64,000 bases of DNA, taken from positions 496,001 to 560,000 of the forward strand of contig BQFW01000014.1 of assembly GCA_020891255.1 (NCBI GenBank), written 5' to 3'. The translations under genes and the position numbers were made by a program. The notes below the pieces were generated by a model that searched no databases, was not told the DNA's origin, and saw nothing but the letters and a program-made list of their open reading frames with translations. The DNA is from Entomortierella parvispora E1425 (lineage: Eukaryota > Fungi > Mortierellomycota). Below, piece by piece: positions 1 to 11,624 of the stretch; position 1 is the first letter of the stretch, and every line of letters begins with the position of its first letter.

Positions 1-489
1 GACACCGTTGTAGACCCAGAATTGTGAGAAGGCAGAGACCTCGGCTTGGGCAGGCGAGTTGTTGTTCAACAAATCGACCAGCTGGGTTGCACCCGACGTT
101 CCGGGGATGTAAATGTATCCACCTTGGTAAACAAACCAAAAAAAAAAAAAAAGAAGAAAGGTCAGTGCCATTACATCAGGAGTTTGAGCCATCCCCCACT
201 TCAATCGAGTTTTCCTCTTACCATCACCCATGGACAGGCAGCTGGTCATTCCAGAATAGTAGTCTCGAGGCTGGGATGGCAATATGTACGCGTTCTTGAT
301 GATGTTGCCCGAGTCGACATCGTTCTTGAGCAACAGATGAGCGCCGTTGACATCGCTTGCCAACGGTGCAGTTGGAAGAAGGAGTCGCTTGTTGATTTTG
401 CCAGTTGGGGCTGCGTCGATGCTGCTCATCTGGACACTAAGGACCAGGGCGGCGGAGACGGCCGAGAAGATGGTCTTGAGAAGAGTCAT
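1..489 (-). CDS. Secreted type-B carboxylesterase, tandem copy 1 (5' part only; continues off left edge)
   Basis: Exon 1 489..222 reads MTLLKTIFSAVSAALVLSVQMSSIDAAPTGKINKRLLLPTAPLASDVNGAHLLLKNDVDSGNIIKNAYILPSQPRDYYSGMTSCLSMGD. A GT-AG intron spans 221..123. Exon 2 122..1 reads GGYIYIPGTSGATQLVDLLNNNSPAQAEVSAFSQFWVYNGV. Collinear with the N-termini of copies 2-4, with the same intron position. Confidence 0.9.
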   Translation of the reverse strand, partial: MTLLKTIFSAVSAALVLSVQMSSIDAAPTGKINKRLLLPTAPLASDVNGAHLLLKNDVDSGNIIKNAYILPSQPRDYYSGMTSCLSMGDGKRKTRLKWGMAQTPDVMALTFLLFFFFWFVYQGGYIYIPGTSGATQLVDLLNNNSPAQAEVSAFSQFWVYNGV

Positions 490-2238
490 CGCGGGGTATG
501 GCAAAGTCAGGAGGATGGATAGGGAGGAATGCGAGAGGAGGATGCTAGCTTGAGGAGAGCTTAGCGGATGAGCAAGAGGGGGGGAAGAGGAGGACGAGTG
601 TGGGTGAGTGTGGACGAAAAAGAAGTTGCACTAAAGAACCACAGAGAGGCAGACACCCATGCCTTTTATAAGCGATCAATGGCGATCAATTTGCCCGTTC
701 TCATCATTGACACGCTCTGTTGTTGCTTCATTGCTGGACTGTGGAGGGCGAATAACGGCCTGCGAGGAAGAGCGATTGATGTTTTTCTTCGTGTCGATGT
801 TTGGGTTGACGCTTTTCCGAGAGTATCGAGAAGACCCCCAACCAGGCGTGTGTGCTTCTCTTGTGTATTCTCATGACACTGCCATGGTGCATCTGGGTGC
901 ATCTTTCAAAACACAAAGAAAAACTTCCGCCCCAGGCTCTATTCCACATCGCACCCTTGCTGTTGGCTCTAGTAAGAGTTTCGATGAGCAGCTCACCCAC
1001 AGCAATGACCACTGGACGGACAAGATGGAGATGGTTCTCATCGGTTTCTACAGTCGTATGCCAGATGAGTTGGATCGTAAAGATCGGGAAAGTCATAACA
1101 CGAGCCTGGGAATAGCCTACGATCTAGTACCTGGGCTAGTGCAAAACGAACGTTGTTGTCCTGGATTTCTATTCAGTCAGAGTTGTGCCGATATTGACCA
1201 TTGTTCCCTCTTCCCTGCCTCCACAGTCCAGTTGACAAATCAGTAATGTATCTGAACAACAAACAACTTTGAGAAGGAGGCCCAGGTTTGTTTTTTTCAT
1301 CCCTCGGATAACAATTGACGTGCACGCGAATTTTTTTTCTCAAGTGAGTGGAGCAACAGACTAGTATCAAGATAGCAAAAGAAATGACCTTCCTTTCAGT
1401 GATGCTGCACGCCCACATTCATAAAAAGTTGCACTTGTGGACTATTGATCAACTTTGTTGTAGAGGACTTTGGTTCCTGTTATCTGTCTCCCCCCTGCAT
1501 CTGGACCCAAGATTGGGATTTACTATGACTAAGGGCCAATCTGGGGACCAGATTTGGAAAGAGCTTGTCAACAAAGAAGCAGGGCATTGAAGGGACCTTG
1601 TTGGGTTCTTCCGTTGCGCCGTTACTTTGGTTCATTGTTATTGTTGTCACTGGTGATAGGTGAAAAGAGGATCGTTGGGAGGGAGAAGGTGAAGGAATGG
1701 AGGACAACAGCGACATGAATCACTGCCATCGGCGGCCCAGACTTTCCGTCATGGTGGTCGGGTAAAAACTAGTTCATTGTTCGTTCCGATTGTCGTCCAT
1801 GGATCCCGGGCTAATCGTTCTCCTCCGGGCCAAGGGATCACGCCGTACAACATCTCCCCTTTTTCTCCGTTGTTTTATCGGTCATCGAATTCTTTTTGCT
1901 CCCTTCCATGGCCCTTTGCCTTCTGTCGCTCTCTGGTAAAAACTAGAGGCAGGGAAGCGCGGGCAAGTGAAGGTTTATTCACCATTAGGTTCTTAGTGTA
2001 TCTCTCTCAAGGTTCAAAGAAACTCTCGATACTGACAAAGAGTGCTCTGGAATGTGGAGCAATAAAGCTCTGTCTGAATCTCTTCTTTTTCCTTCCTCAG
2101 TGTGTCGCCTCTGTATTGAGAACTTGTTCATCAAAAACCAACTCATCCTCTTTGTCCAGAATCTCAAAGTTACCAGCATCGCGTCTACCACCAACACTCG
2201 TATCCTGTCCATATCCACCGGTTCAGACTTCTTGCTCC

Positions 2239-2266
<28 letters not shown>
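2239..2266. repeat. Poly(A) tract (example; similar tracts near 14314-14340, 48235-48257, 49206-49230, 60086-60103, 61631-61656)
   Basis: Directly visible homopolymer runs of about 18-28 nt in intergenic DNA and introns. Confidence 0.9.
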
Positions 2267-2269
<3 letters not shown>

Positions 2270-3995
2270 AGACGATCGACCGGAAGGAACAAAGTCGAAC
2301 AGCGTCATTTGGCTCTTAATTCTGTGTTGTCCCTGTTGTTGTACCCCCAACTTCTTTGTCATCCAGTCAATCGGCTTCAGGGAGGCAGACAGGCACAGGG
2401 GCAGAAAAGAGCCCAGAAAAAAGTACCTGGAAAGGTACCCTGTGTCCCCCTATGATGGACAGCGATCCCTTTTATCACTCTCTTCCCATCCTTCAACTGT
2501 CCGTTTTGAGGTTTAAGCATCCTTGCCTGTCAACGTCGTCCGTCTTTTCATGTCTTGACTGCCTCTTCGTCCTGAGAATGATATCCTTTGACTCTGTAGA
2601 TTATGTGGTCGTTCGAAACAAGAAATTGAAACGCCTGCACAGTTGAGGGAGGGGTTGCGCCGAGCAATTTAGATGATGGCTCCTCTCCTCCGCTCGGAAC
2701 CACATCAATGGTGGCCATAAACCTCCGAGGGACAGTCGAGACGAAACGTTAGCGCAAGATTTGTCTGCTGACTTCCCCCTCACAAGAAAAGTTGTGTGTA
2801 CTGGACATGGGAGGGTCAGTGGGAGCTGAAGGGGGATGGGAGCAAGAGGGGACAGGGTACTGGACGTGTCGTCCTCCACTCCATAAGGCACCCCCACCCC
2901 CCGTCATGTGCTGCCTCTTTCTCGCCACGCGGTTCGCTCGATCATATCGCACCAAGGCGTGCACGAAGGGGAGCGTAAGCGATGACCATTGCTTTGCGCC
3001 AAGACCATTCAATTGAATTGAGCACTCCTGCAGAGGCGGCGCATGCAGGCACCGATCGTGGAAAGGGGGCAGGGCTCCGAACGGTGAGGAGGATAGATGC
3101 CTGCAAGAGAGATGCATGGCGATGGTCCGTGTGTTTGCCACATTCCAGTCTCTTTAAGGTTCTGTCCCTCCACAAAAAAAAAACAAAACTAACGCCCAGA
3201 ACAACAAAACACACGACAAACAACTCCATGGTGTTACCATCGTGCCCTAGCTTGGACCGCTCGGCTCTTTGCTTGTCTGCTTGGTCAGGATTTTGCCGAC
3301 AAGAGGACAGGCCGGGTCAATGCAGACTAAGTCAGCCGGGCGGCCCGTCTTGGTGGGAAAAAAAAACAGTTGAACTGCTGTCGGTTGCGACGGTTGTGGA
3401 AACAACCGAGGACAGGGACGAGAGAGAAAGGACATTGGTGGCGCACTTGGTCACATGCTTGCTCATGGGCATTCTGCCAAACGGCCACAGGTAATGATGA
3501 GAGTCCACTGTCAAATAGAGTAGGTATAAAACAGCACTACAGATGGCACAGCAGCAGAGGGCTCAGCAAAGAAAAAGTGGATTAGATAAAGATGCATATG
3601 GCATGTGGTAGTTGCGGCTCAGCCCTGCCATGTTCAGCATGGAGGACGATTGTCTGCTATCTTTGGCAATGGAGATCCCTTTTCGGTGCAAACTGGGAAC
3701 CATTGGCAAGGAGACCCACATGCTAAAAGCAATTCCTGAAGAACAATTGGTAGAAAACGCGTAAAGTAACATCGTACGATGTTTTTTTGCTCCTGGGACA
3801 GACACGAAATTTCATTTCTGGCCACAACAAAAAAAAAAAAAAAATACACAGAAGTGCACAGCCGACCTGTACTCAAGACATTGTTTCGTAGGAAGAGCCA
3901 ACGTTCGATGCTCTCGGTACCTTCTATATAGTATTATATATGACCCTCGAGTCCATTCGCCCCCATTCGCAAAACCATTTCGAAGAGGCAACGGT

Positions 3996-6252
3996 TCACA
4001 AACGAGGCATCGCGTCCATCCAAGCGCAGATTTCGTGCTCAGAGTTGAATGACATTGTACTCTCGACATTCAACTCCATGATTGGGTTCGTCTCCTTGTC
4101 ATACGGAAGCCACCTGACATCCACCACATCCGGATTCAACCTCTCGAATCCTTGCATGTCTGGTGTCGGGTTTGGGTTCCCGGATTTTGCAAAGCTCGTC
4201 CACCGGTCCACCACCTGTCTCGAGAACCGGGCATCATCCCCAGTCTGGGTATAAAAGGGGACGATGGCACCGCTGGACATGACGGGTTGGATGTCTGCTC
4301 CATGACAGGCCCGCCCTAGCCTCTCTGCACAGAAGTTAAGAGGATCCAGGAAGGGAATATCTCGTCCTCGATGAAATCGAAAATTGAACGTGGGTTTGAA
4401 CTGGACCGCGTCGCGACTGACCGATTGTAACAAGCAAAAGATGTACATGTCGGTTCCTGCATGCGTTAATTGGTTACGGACCGTATCCGGATCACTCTCG
4501 TTCAAACGAAAAAAAGTAGACTCCAGCAAGGCTGCCGTCTGGTTGGCAGTGAAAAAGACTTCAAAAGCAGAGGTCGCGTTCGAGATGGGCACCGGCTTTT
4601 CAAACAGAGTTCTAGTCTTGTAGCCCATCTCGTCTTGAGTGGTTCCCCAGAGGATGTTCGCCTTGGTATTGTATTGCCCCTTCAAAACCACCTGTGCAAA
4701 TGATTCGGAGAAAGGGATCAAGTCATCGTCCATGGTTGACCGCTCTACTAAAAGTGGGTACATTGTCATTGCATCCGACACTTGACCGTAAGCAACGCCC
4801 TGCGCTCCAATGATATCCTCCACAGGCTTGGATCTGGCACAGTCAAGATCACTGGCAGCACAACCTAGAGCGGACATGAAGTAACCACTCATTTGGGCGG
4901 CCTCAGCTGGTGTCTTGAAGACAGTTGTAAAGGGATCGCTTACGACGATCGCGTTCTGGTAGAGATCCCATGCTCGCGGGGCTGAGAGCAAGCCTCGGAT
5001 GCTGGTCGCCCCTGACGAGGTGCCAAAAAGCGTCACTCGAGTCGGGTCGCCTCCAAAGGATGCAATGTTCTTTTGAACCCACTGAAGGGCCAGAATCTGA
5101 TCTCGCAGGGCTTGATTGCCAGGGATGGTGCCACGGTCCCACGTGCCTTCGTCTTCTAGCGAGCCCAGTATCCCCAGGCGAAAGTTGATTGTTACTACCA
5201 CTACACCTCCACGAGAGACCAGATTTCCAGGCTCGAACAATGCTACCGAGCTGGAATAACTGTACAGAAGAGTGAGAGAGGGGGGTCAGTGTGAGTTCCA
5301 AGATGGGCGTCATCATCTCTAACAACATGGTCCATGGTCTTACGAGATAGATTGACCACCATGAATGTAGAACATGACCGGGAGTAGCGTCTCGTTCTTT
5401 CCTTTCAGGCTGGGTGTATAGACATTCAGGTGCAAACAGTCTTCGTCCTCCGTGGCACCATTGTCAACATAGCTTCGGAGATGTGACATCAGTCCTGTGG
5501 TCGGTGGTGTTTGAGGGCAGATGTGCTTGTAATAGATTGCATCCCAAGTATTGGTAAACGGAGCTTTCGCCACCGGTGCCGCAAAGCGCAAATTCCCCAC
5601 TGGCGCTTCTGCATATGGAATGCCCAAAAACCGAAAAGCGTTCTGATCACGCCATCCTTGGATTTGACCCACAGGCGTATCGACTCTGATCTGCCTTGAG
5701 GCATCGTCAAAGATGATATTGCGAGCTGGTGCAGAATTATAACAAACGGATGGCAATTGTGTGTCACAGGGGATGCGCTCCATGGCCTTGGATATCTTGT
5801 TCACGGCTGGGCAGCCTTTGGCCGGATCTGATCCATCATAGACCCAAAATTGATGAAAGGCCGAAACTTCGACTTGGGCTGGCGAGTTGTTGTTGAGGAG
5901 GAATACGAGATCCTTGGCTTCTGTTGTTCCAGGGGTATAGATGTACCCTCCTAATAATAAATCAAGACGTATGGCTCTCCCCCCTCATCAGTATATTTTG
6001 CGTTGGACCCTCGCATCGAAATTTGTTTGTTATTTTGACATTACCATCCCCCAAAGACAAGCAAGCTTCCATTCCCTCTTGATACATCCGTGGATGAGAG
6101 AGCAGAATGAATGCATTCTTGGCCGTAGAAGAGTCAACGTCATTGTTGAGAAGAATATGGATGCCATCGGTGGCGAGGGGTGCCTTTGGGAGAATCAATT
6201 GTTGTTTGAAAAAAGTGATGGCCATGAGGGCTGTTCGAAGTACTGACGCCAT
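3996..6252 (-). CDS. Type-B carboxylesterase, tandem copy 2 (start uncertain: ATG 6252 or 6360)
   Basis: Exons 6252(6360)..6045, 5950..5344, 5259..3996. Motifs: FLGIPYAEAPVGNLRF, EDCLHLNVYTP, HGGQ, nucleophile GTSSG, acid in GTTQDEMG, His in RACHGADI. Confidence 0.9.
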
Positions 6253-6705
6253 GTCTTCGAAGCCGAAGTTTTGAAAGAGAGTAGGGTGCAAGGAAAGGGC
6301 GAAGAGCTGGCTAACGGAGAAGAGAAGAAAAAAAAAAGGGACTGAAGACGCGCAGATCATTGCGTCAAGGCACATCCAAGATTCTAATTCCCCCATGCTC
6401 TGTCGATCCCAAATGATCCTCGAGAGTGTACCTAGAAAGTGATCACTAAGGTACAGAAAGTAGGACGACCCAACAATGGACATGATCTTATCCGAGCCTT
6501 GACTATCCCAGTGAATGAAACACATTGCAGGATGACAATGAAGAAGAATCGTTTGTGATTATCATCATAATCGAGATAATATATTAGTGACAACTGAGGA
6601 AAGGGGGGGGGGGGTATGTGGGTTACGAAGATGGCAAGATGTGCAGGGTTGATGGAACTACACATCGTATATACAAATAGATAAAATAAAAGACTAATGA
6701 CTAGT

Positions 6706-9069
6706 TCATGGCATGTTGTTGGGGATCTCGATCCAGAAATCGTACAAAAAGACAGTGTCTGTCCAGTTGCAGATTGTTTCCTCGTTGTTGGTCGTAATGG
6801 CACTCGTTACATTGAGGTCAATGATTGGATTCGAATCATCAAAAGGCACCCAGGTCACGCTGGTGACATCCGGGTTCGTCAGCTCAAAACCTGGCATGCC
6901 CGGCTTGGGGTTGGGGTTGCCAGTTTTGGCAAAGGTCGTCCATCGATCCACCACTTGCCTGGCAAACCGAGCGTCGTCACCAGTCTGAGAAATGAAGGGA
7001 ATAGCATCTCCACTGGCAAAGACAGGCTGGATATCAGCCGCGTGGCAGACACGACCCGTGCTGGATGAACAATAGTTCTGACCAACGAGGGGAATATCGC
7101 GTCCGCGGTCAAATCGGAAGTTGTACGTCGGCTTGATCTTCGACATCTCTCGACTGAGGTATTGAAGAGGGCAGAGGAAGTAGTAGTCGGTACCAAACTT
7201 GGTGAAAGCGTTTCTCACTGCGTCAGGGTCACTAGGGTCCAGGGTAAAGTAGGGCGAGTTCATCACAATCGCGGTTCGGTTGGGGTCCAAGATGAAATCC
7301 AATGCCCACGACGCATTCGCGATTGGGACCGGGTTTGGAAAGTATTGAGGCACAAAGAGACCAGCTTCATCATGGACAGTTCCCCACATGATGTCCGCCT
7401 CTGTGTTGTACTTGCCGGCCTTGACCAACTCTGAAAAGTCGGCTGGAATGAGATCTCCATCGGTGACGGGTCTCTGGATCAGGGCAAACGTTACCCATTT
7501 GTTCTGAGCCAAGACTTGTGCGTTCGATTTTAGCTGAGCTTCCAATAGATCGTTCTGCGATTTGGATCGGGCGCACGCGAGATCGTTCACCGCACAGCCG
7601 AGTTGCTCCATAAAGTAGTTTGACATTGTAGCAGCGTCAGAAGGAAGCATGTACGGAATATTGTGAGGATCTGACTCGCCCGCGACACGCTTATAAAGGC
7701 CCCAAGCAGAAGGTGCAGAGAGCAAGGCGCGGATACTGGTGCCTCCAGCAGATTCACCAAAGACCGTGACCATGTTGGGATCACCTCCGAAGGAGGCAAT
7801 GTTCTTTTGAATCCACTGCAGTGCCAGGATCTGATCACGGATGGCCTGGTTTCCAGGAACAGTGTTACGGTCCCAGGCGTTAATGTTTTCCATCCAGCCA
7901 AGCATACCAAGGCGATAGTTGATGGTAACAACGACAACACCACCACGGGAGACCATGTTGCCAGGTTCGAAAATGATGATCGAACCAGAGTTACTGTGGA
8001 CGAGATCAAAGTGAATGAAAGCGTTAGAAGCAGAATTATCATTGGAAAGGGTACTGGGCTCATCACTTGAAGCAGTTTCTGACTTACTTGACAAATCCAC
8101 CACCGTGGATGTACATAAGAACAGGAAGAAGGGTCGCTCCTTCGCCCTTGAGACTTGGGGTATAAACGTTCAAGTTCAAACAGTCTTCCATCTCTGTAGC
8201 AGAGTTCTCGAGGTAGGATAAGATGATGGGAACCACGCCAGTCGACAGAGCCGTCTGTGGGCAGATACCCTTGTACTCGATTGCATCCCAAGTACTGTTG
8301 AAGGGAGCCTTGGCCACAGGCGCTGCGAAACGGAGGTCGCCCACGGGTGCTTCCGCATAGGGAATACCCAGGAATCGGAACGCGTTCTGATCACGCCAAC
8401 CTTGGATCTGGCCCACAGGAGTGTTGACTTTGACCTGGCGAGAAGTGTCATCGAACAAAAGCACACGGCGCATCACCGAGTTGAAGCAGACGGAGGGCAA
8501 CTCTGTGGTACAGGGGATCCAATCGGTGTTGCCCGTGTTCTTGTTCACGGCCAAACAGTTGCCAAAGACACCGGGAACACCGTTGTAGACCCAGTACTGC
8601 GAATAGGCCTCGACCTCGGGCTGTGCTGGTGCATTGCTGTTCAAAAGCGAGACAAGATCTGTTGCTCCAGAGGTTCCAGGGATATAGATATATCCGCCTG
8701 GAAGAAGATTGGCCCAGATGAAAGACATGTTAGTTTAGGGTCTCGTGGAGTTGTCGTGGACGCTGCAGTCAATTGTGTTTTGCAGTGAACCCTTTTTTTT
8801 TCTTTACCATCACCCATGGACGTGCACATGGACATTCCAGAGTAGTAGTCTCGAGGCTGGGACAAGAGTATGTAGGCGTTCTTGATGATGTTGGCCGAAT
8901 CGACATCGTTAATGATCAACAAATGAGCGCCGTTCACATCACTCGCCAACGGTGCAGTTGGGAGGAGGGTTCGTTTGTTGATCTTTTCGACGGGTGCTGC
9001 AGCAGTGAATAGGGTCTGACTTGCCAAGATGGCTGCGGTGACGACCGCGACAAGGTTCTTGAGGATCAT
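6706..9069 (-). CDS. Secreted type-B carboxylesterase, tandem copy 3
   Basis: Exons 9069..8808, 8697..8088, 7993..6706. Signal peptide plus KR propeptide. Canonical HGGG oxyanion hole, GESAG nucleophile, GTVHDE acid and RVCHAADI His. Confidence 0.95.
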
Positions 9070-11624
9070 TGTTGGTTGTCTTCAATTTTTTTTTCTGGAT
9101 TGAAAAGGGTAAAGGATGAAAGAAAAAAATGAACAGTGATCGAAAACTCAAGAAGGGCCAGGGGGCTCAAAGGAGGAGGACTGAGCTTTTAGAGGAAGAG
9201 TGGAGAAGGACAGGGTTGACAAGGATCCAAATCCAGGGGAATCAGGGTGCACTGGACGCTTTTAAAGAGGTAAATTGCGCGGGGATATTTTGGTGCGGTG
9301 AGTGCGCTGAATCAGTTTGGCCGGACCAATAACGGGCGTAAAATATGGCCATTCATTCCGAACAACGACAATAGAACACGGTCCTCCAGCAGTCAACGAA
9401 GAGCAGGGATCGAAATTTCAAGAGGGAAGGAGGCGTGTGCGAGAGATGCAGGGGAGAGAGAAGGGTGTGGGAGAACGAGGAGGGTCAGGCGACGGTTGAG
9501 TAACTGCTAGGATGGAGGAAAGACAAACGTAATAACCCAAGGGCAGCAGGACAGCCACACAAGCCATAGAACAGCCAGACGCAACAGCCGACCGAGACCA
9601 AGAAAAAAGAAAGCAAATGGATGAAGTATCTGCCAGCCGAGACAAAAATTGTCTCTGGCCAGTGTGCGTCATGCCCGCGCTGCCATTCGAACTGTGGGCA
9701 CCACATGGACGTCGAGGGTGCCCGAAGCCGATGCGGCAAGGGGGCAAAAGGCAAAGTGCGTGGACGAGTTTGTTTTCCTATGTTCACGATATGCAATGCT
9801 CAAGAGACTAGTCAACAACATCGCCAAACAAACCACCATGGCTGCCACAAAGAAACAAAAAAGCAAAAAAAAAAAAACAGCAGACGGCAGGGACACTTGA
9901 CCGTAAACTTTGCGAACGGTCCCCTCCGTCATCAATTTTCCGCGGATGGCTCATACCCTGGAATGTGGAATGGCCTTGTTATCAGCTTCACCAAGGGCTT
10001 GAGAGTCTAGAGTGCCTGTCAACGGCCATGTTCCCAGCAAAGATGACTGGAATGTACCTGGGTAGAAAAGTCCTTCCCTCCCCACAACGCACATTGGCTC
10101 TCTCTCGTGTGACGGGGAGCTCAACTATCGCTGACGAATGCAGGGCTCAAGTTACACTCGCCCGAAAGAGCAAGCATCCATAAGCAAGTTTATAATACCT
10201 TTCAAATGTTGTTGTTATCGTACTCCTTGCTCCTTCCCATCCCCTGCCGACTGTGCACTGGGCACTGTTTTCTGTTCTCCCGACGTGGACAATTGTGATC
10301 GGTAAAAAAACACGACCGAGCTTTCTTGGTCATGATTGTTCCGAGGGCATTCACTCTTCTCACTCCGAGAAGACTCGGGCAGCTAGGCAGTAAAGTGGAA
10401 ACCCGTATTGAACACTCGTCTCGTTCAGCTTTCTGCCCTGCCTACATTGACAGCCCATCCCCGAAATGGTGATCATGGCTGCAATCCGTACAAGGGGCAA
10501 CGCCAGATGGGTTTACTTCTGATTTTCGTTGACGTTGAAGTCCAAGAGTACGAGAGACGTGAAGATCGATCGATGTCAAAAGAGAATAGCAGTACTCCAC
10601 ACCATTCATTTGTGGTAACACGCAAAGAGTAAACACGCTGACATCCATCTCTTGGACCGCTCGTTACTTGTTTGGTCAGAAATTGTTGGGATCCACTCAC
10701 AAGTCGTAAACAAAGACGGACAAGCATCACACTTCCAGTCAGCGACCTTGCCTTAAGGGATTATCCCTCGTCCATGAACAAGGCAAGGACCCTCAGGCAA
10801 GAGCGAGTGAACCCAGGCAGAGACCTGTCGATTCAGGCACCGAGGAATGACCGTGCACTAGCTGTCTATTTGAGAACAGGTCTCAAGGTGAGCCTGCCTT
10901 CACACATTTTATTTCTCCACAGTAGTCTCCCAAGGTTTGCTCCGTTTCCAAGGGCCAGGGTAGACAAACAAGGGACGCGTCAAGAAGGTTTTTGGTCTAA
11001 AGGATACACTTCATGACCGAGCAGAGGTTATTACCAATGGCTGTTGGGAGCGAAGAAGGGGCAAAAGGTCCACATGCTCCTTTGTTTTTTTCCCTCCAGG
11101 TCGTTTCAACTGTCATCCTCGATTTAAACGCGAGATCCGAGCTTTCTTTGACAGGGTTGATCCGTGGGTACGTATTTATCCTGTTGATCAGGTCGTGCGT
11201 GGTCCGTATGACCAGTGTAGTAAGCACCAACCCCGATGTATTATTGTTTTGGAGGCATCGCAAAGACAACACAGACTGTTCAGGGCTAGGTGCAAGCTCA
11301 TGTCAACAGCCGCTTCGTCAAAGTCGGCAGCATCCTCAAGGGATCAAACTGGCTGAACTCTTTGTCATTTTCTGCTCGATTGATGCCTCGATCAGATCGG
11401 TGCTACGTTCACCATGATCTAGAACTTGCAAAGATTCAACGGCGGCCGCTCGACAGTCTTACCTATGGTAGGTTCTCATAGAGTTACCCAGGCAGCTTCG
11501 GTAAAGGATGGCCAGCAATGGGAGCATGGGGGGGGGGTATTATGTTTTATTAAGTAAAAAGATGCGAAGGATGCAATGGTGCAAGAGATGCAAGATGTAA
11601 AGATGAAGGGCCATGCTTCAATAC

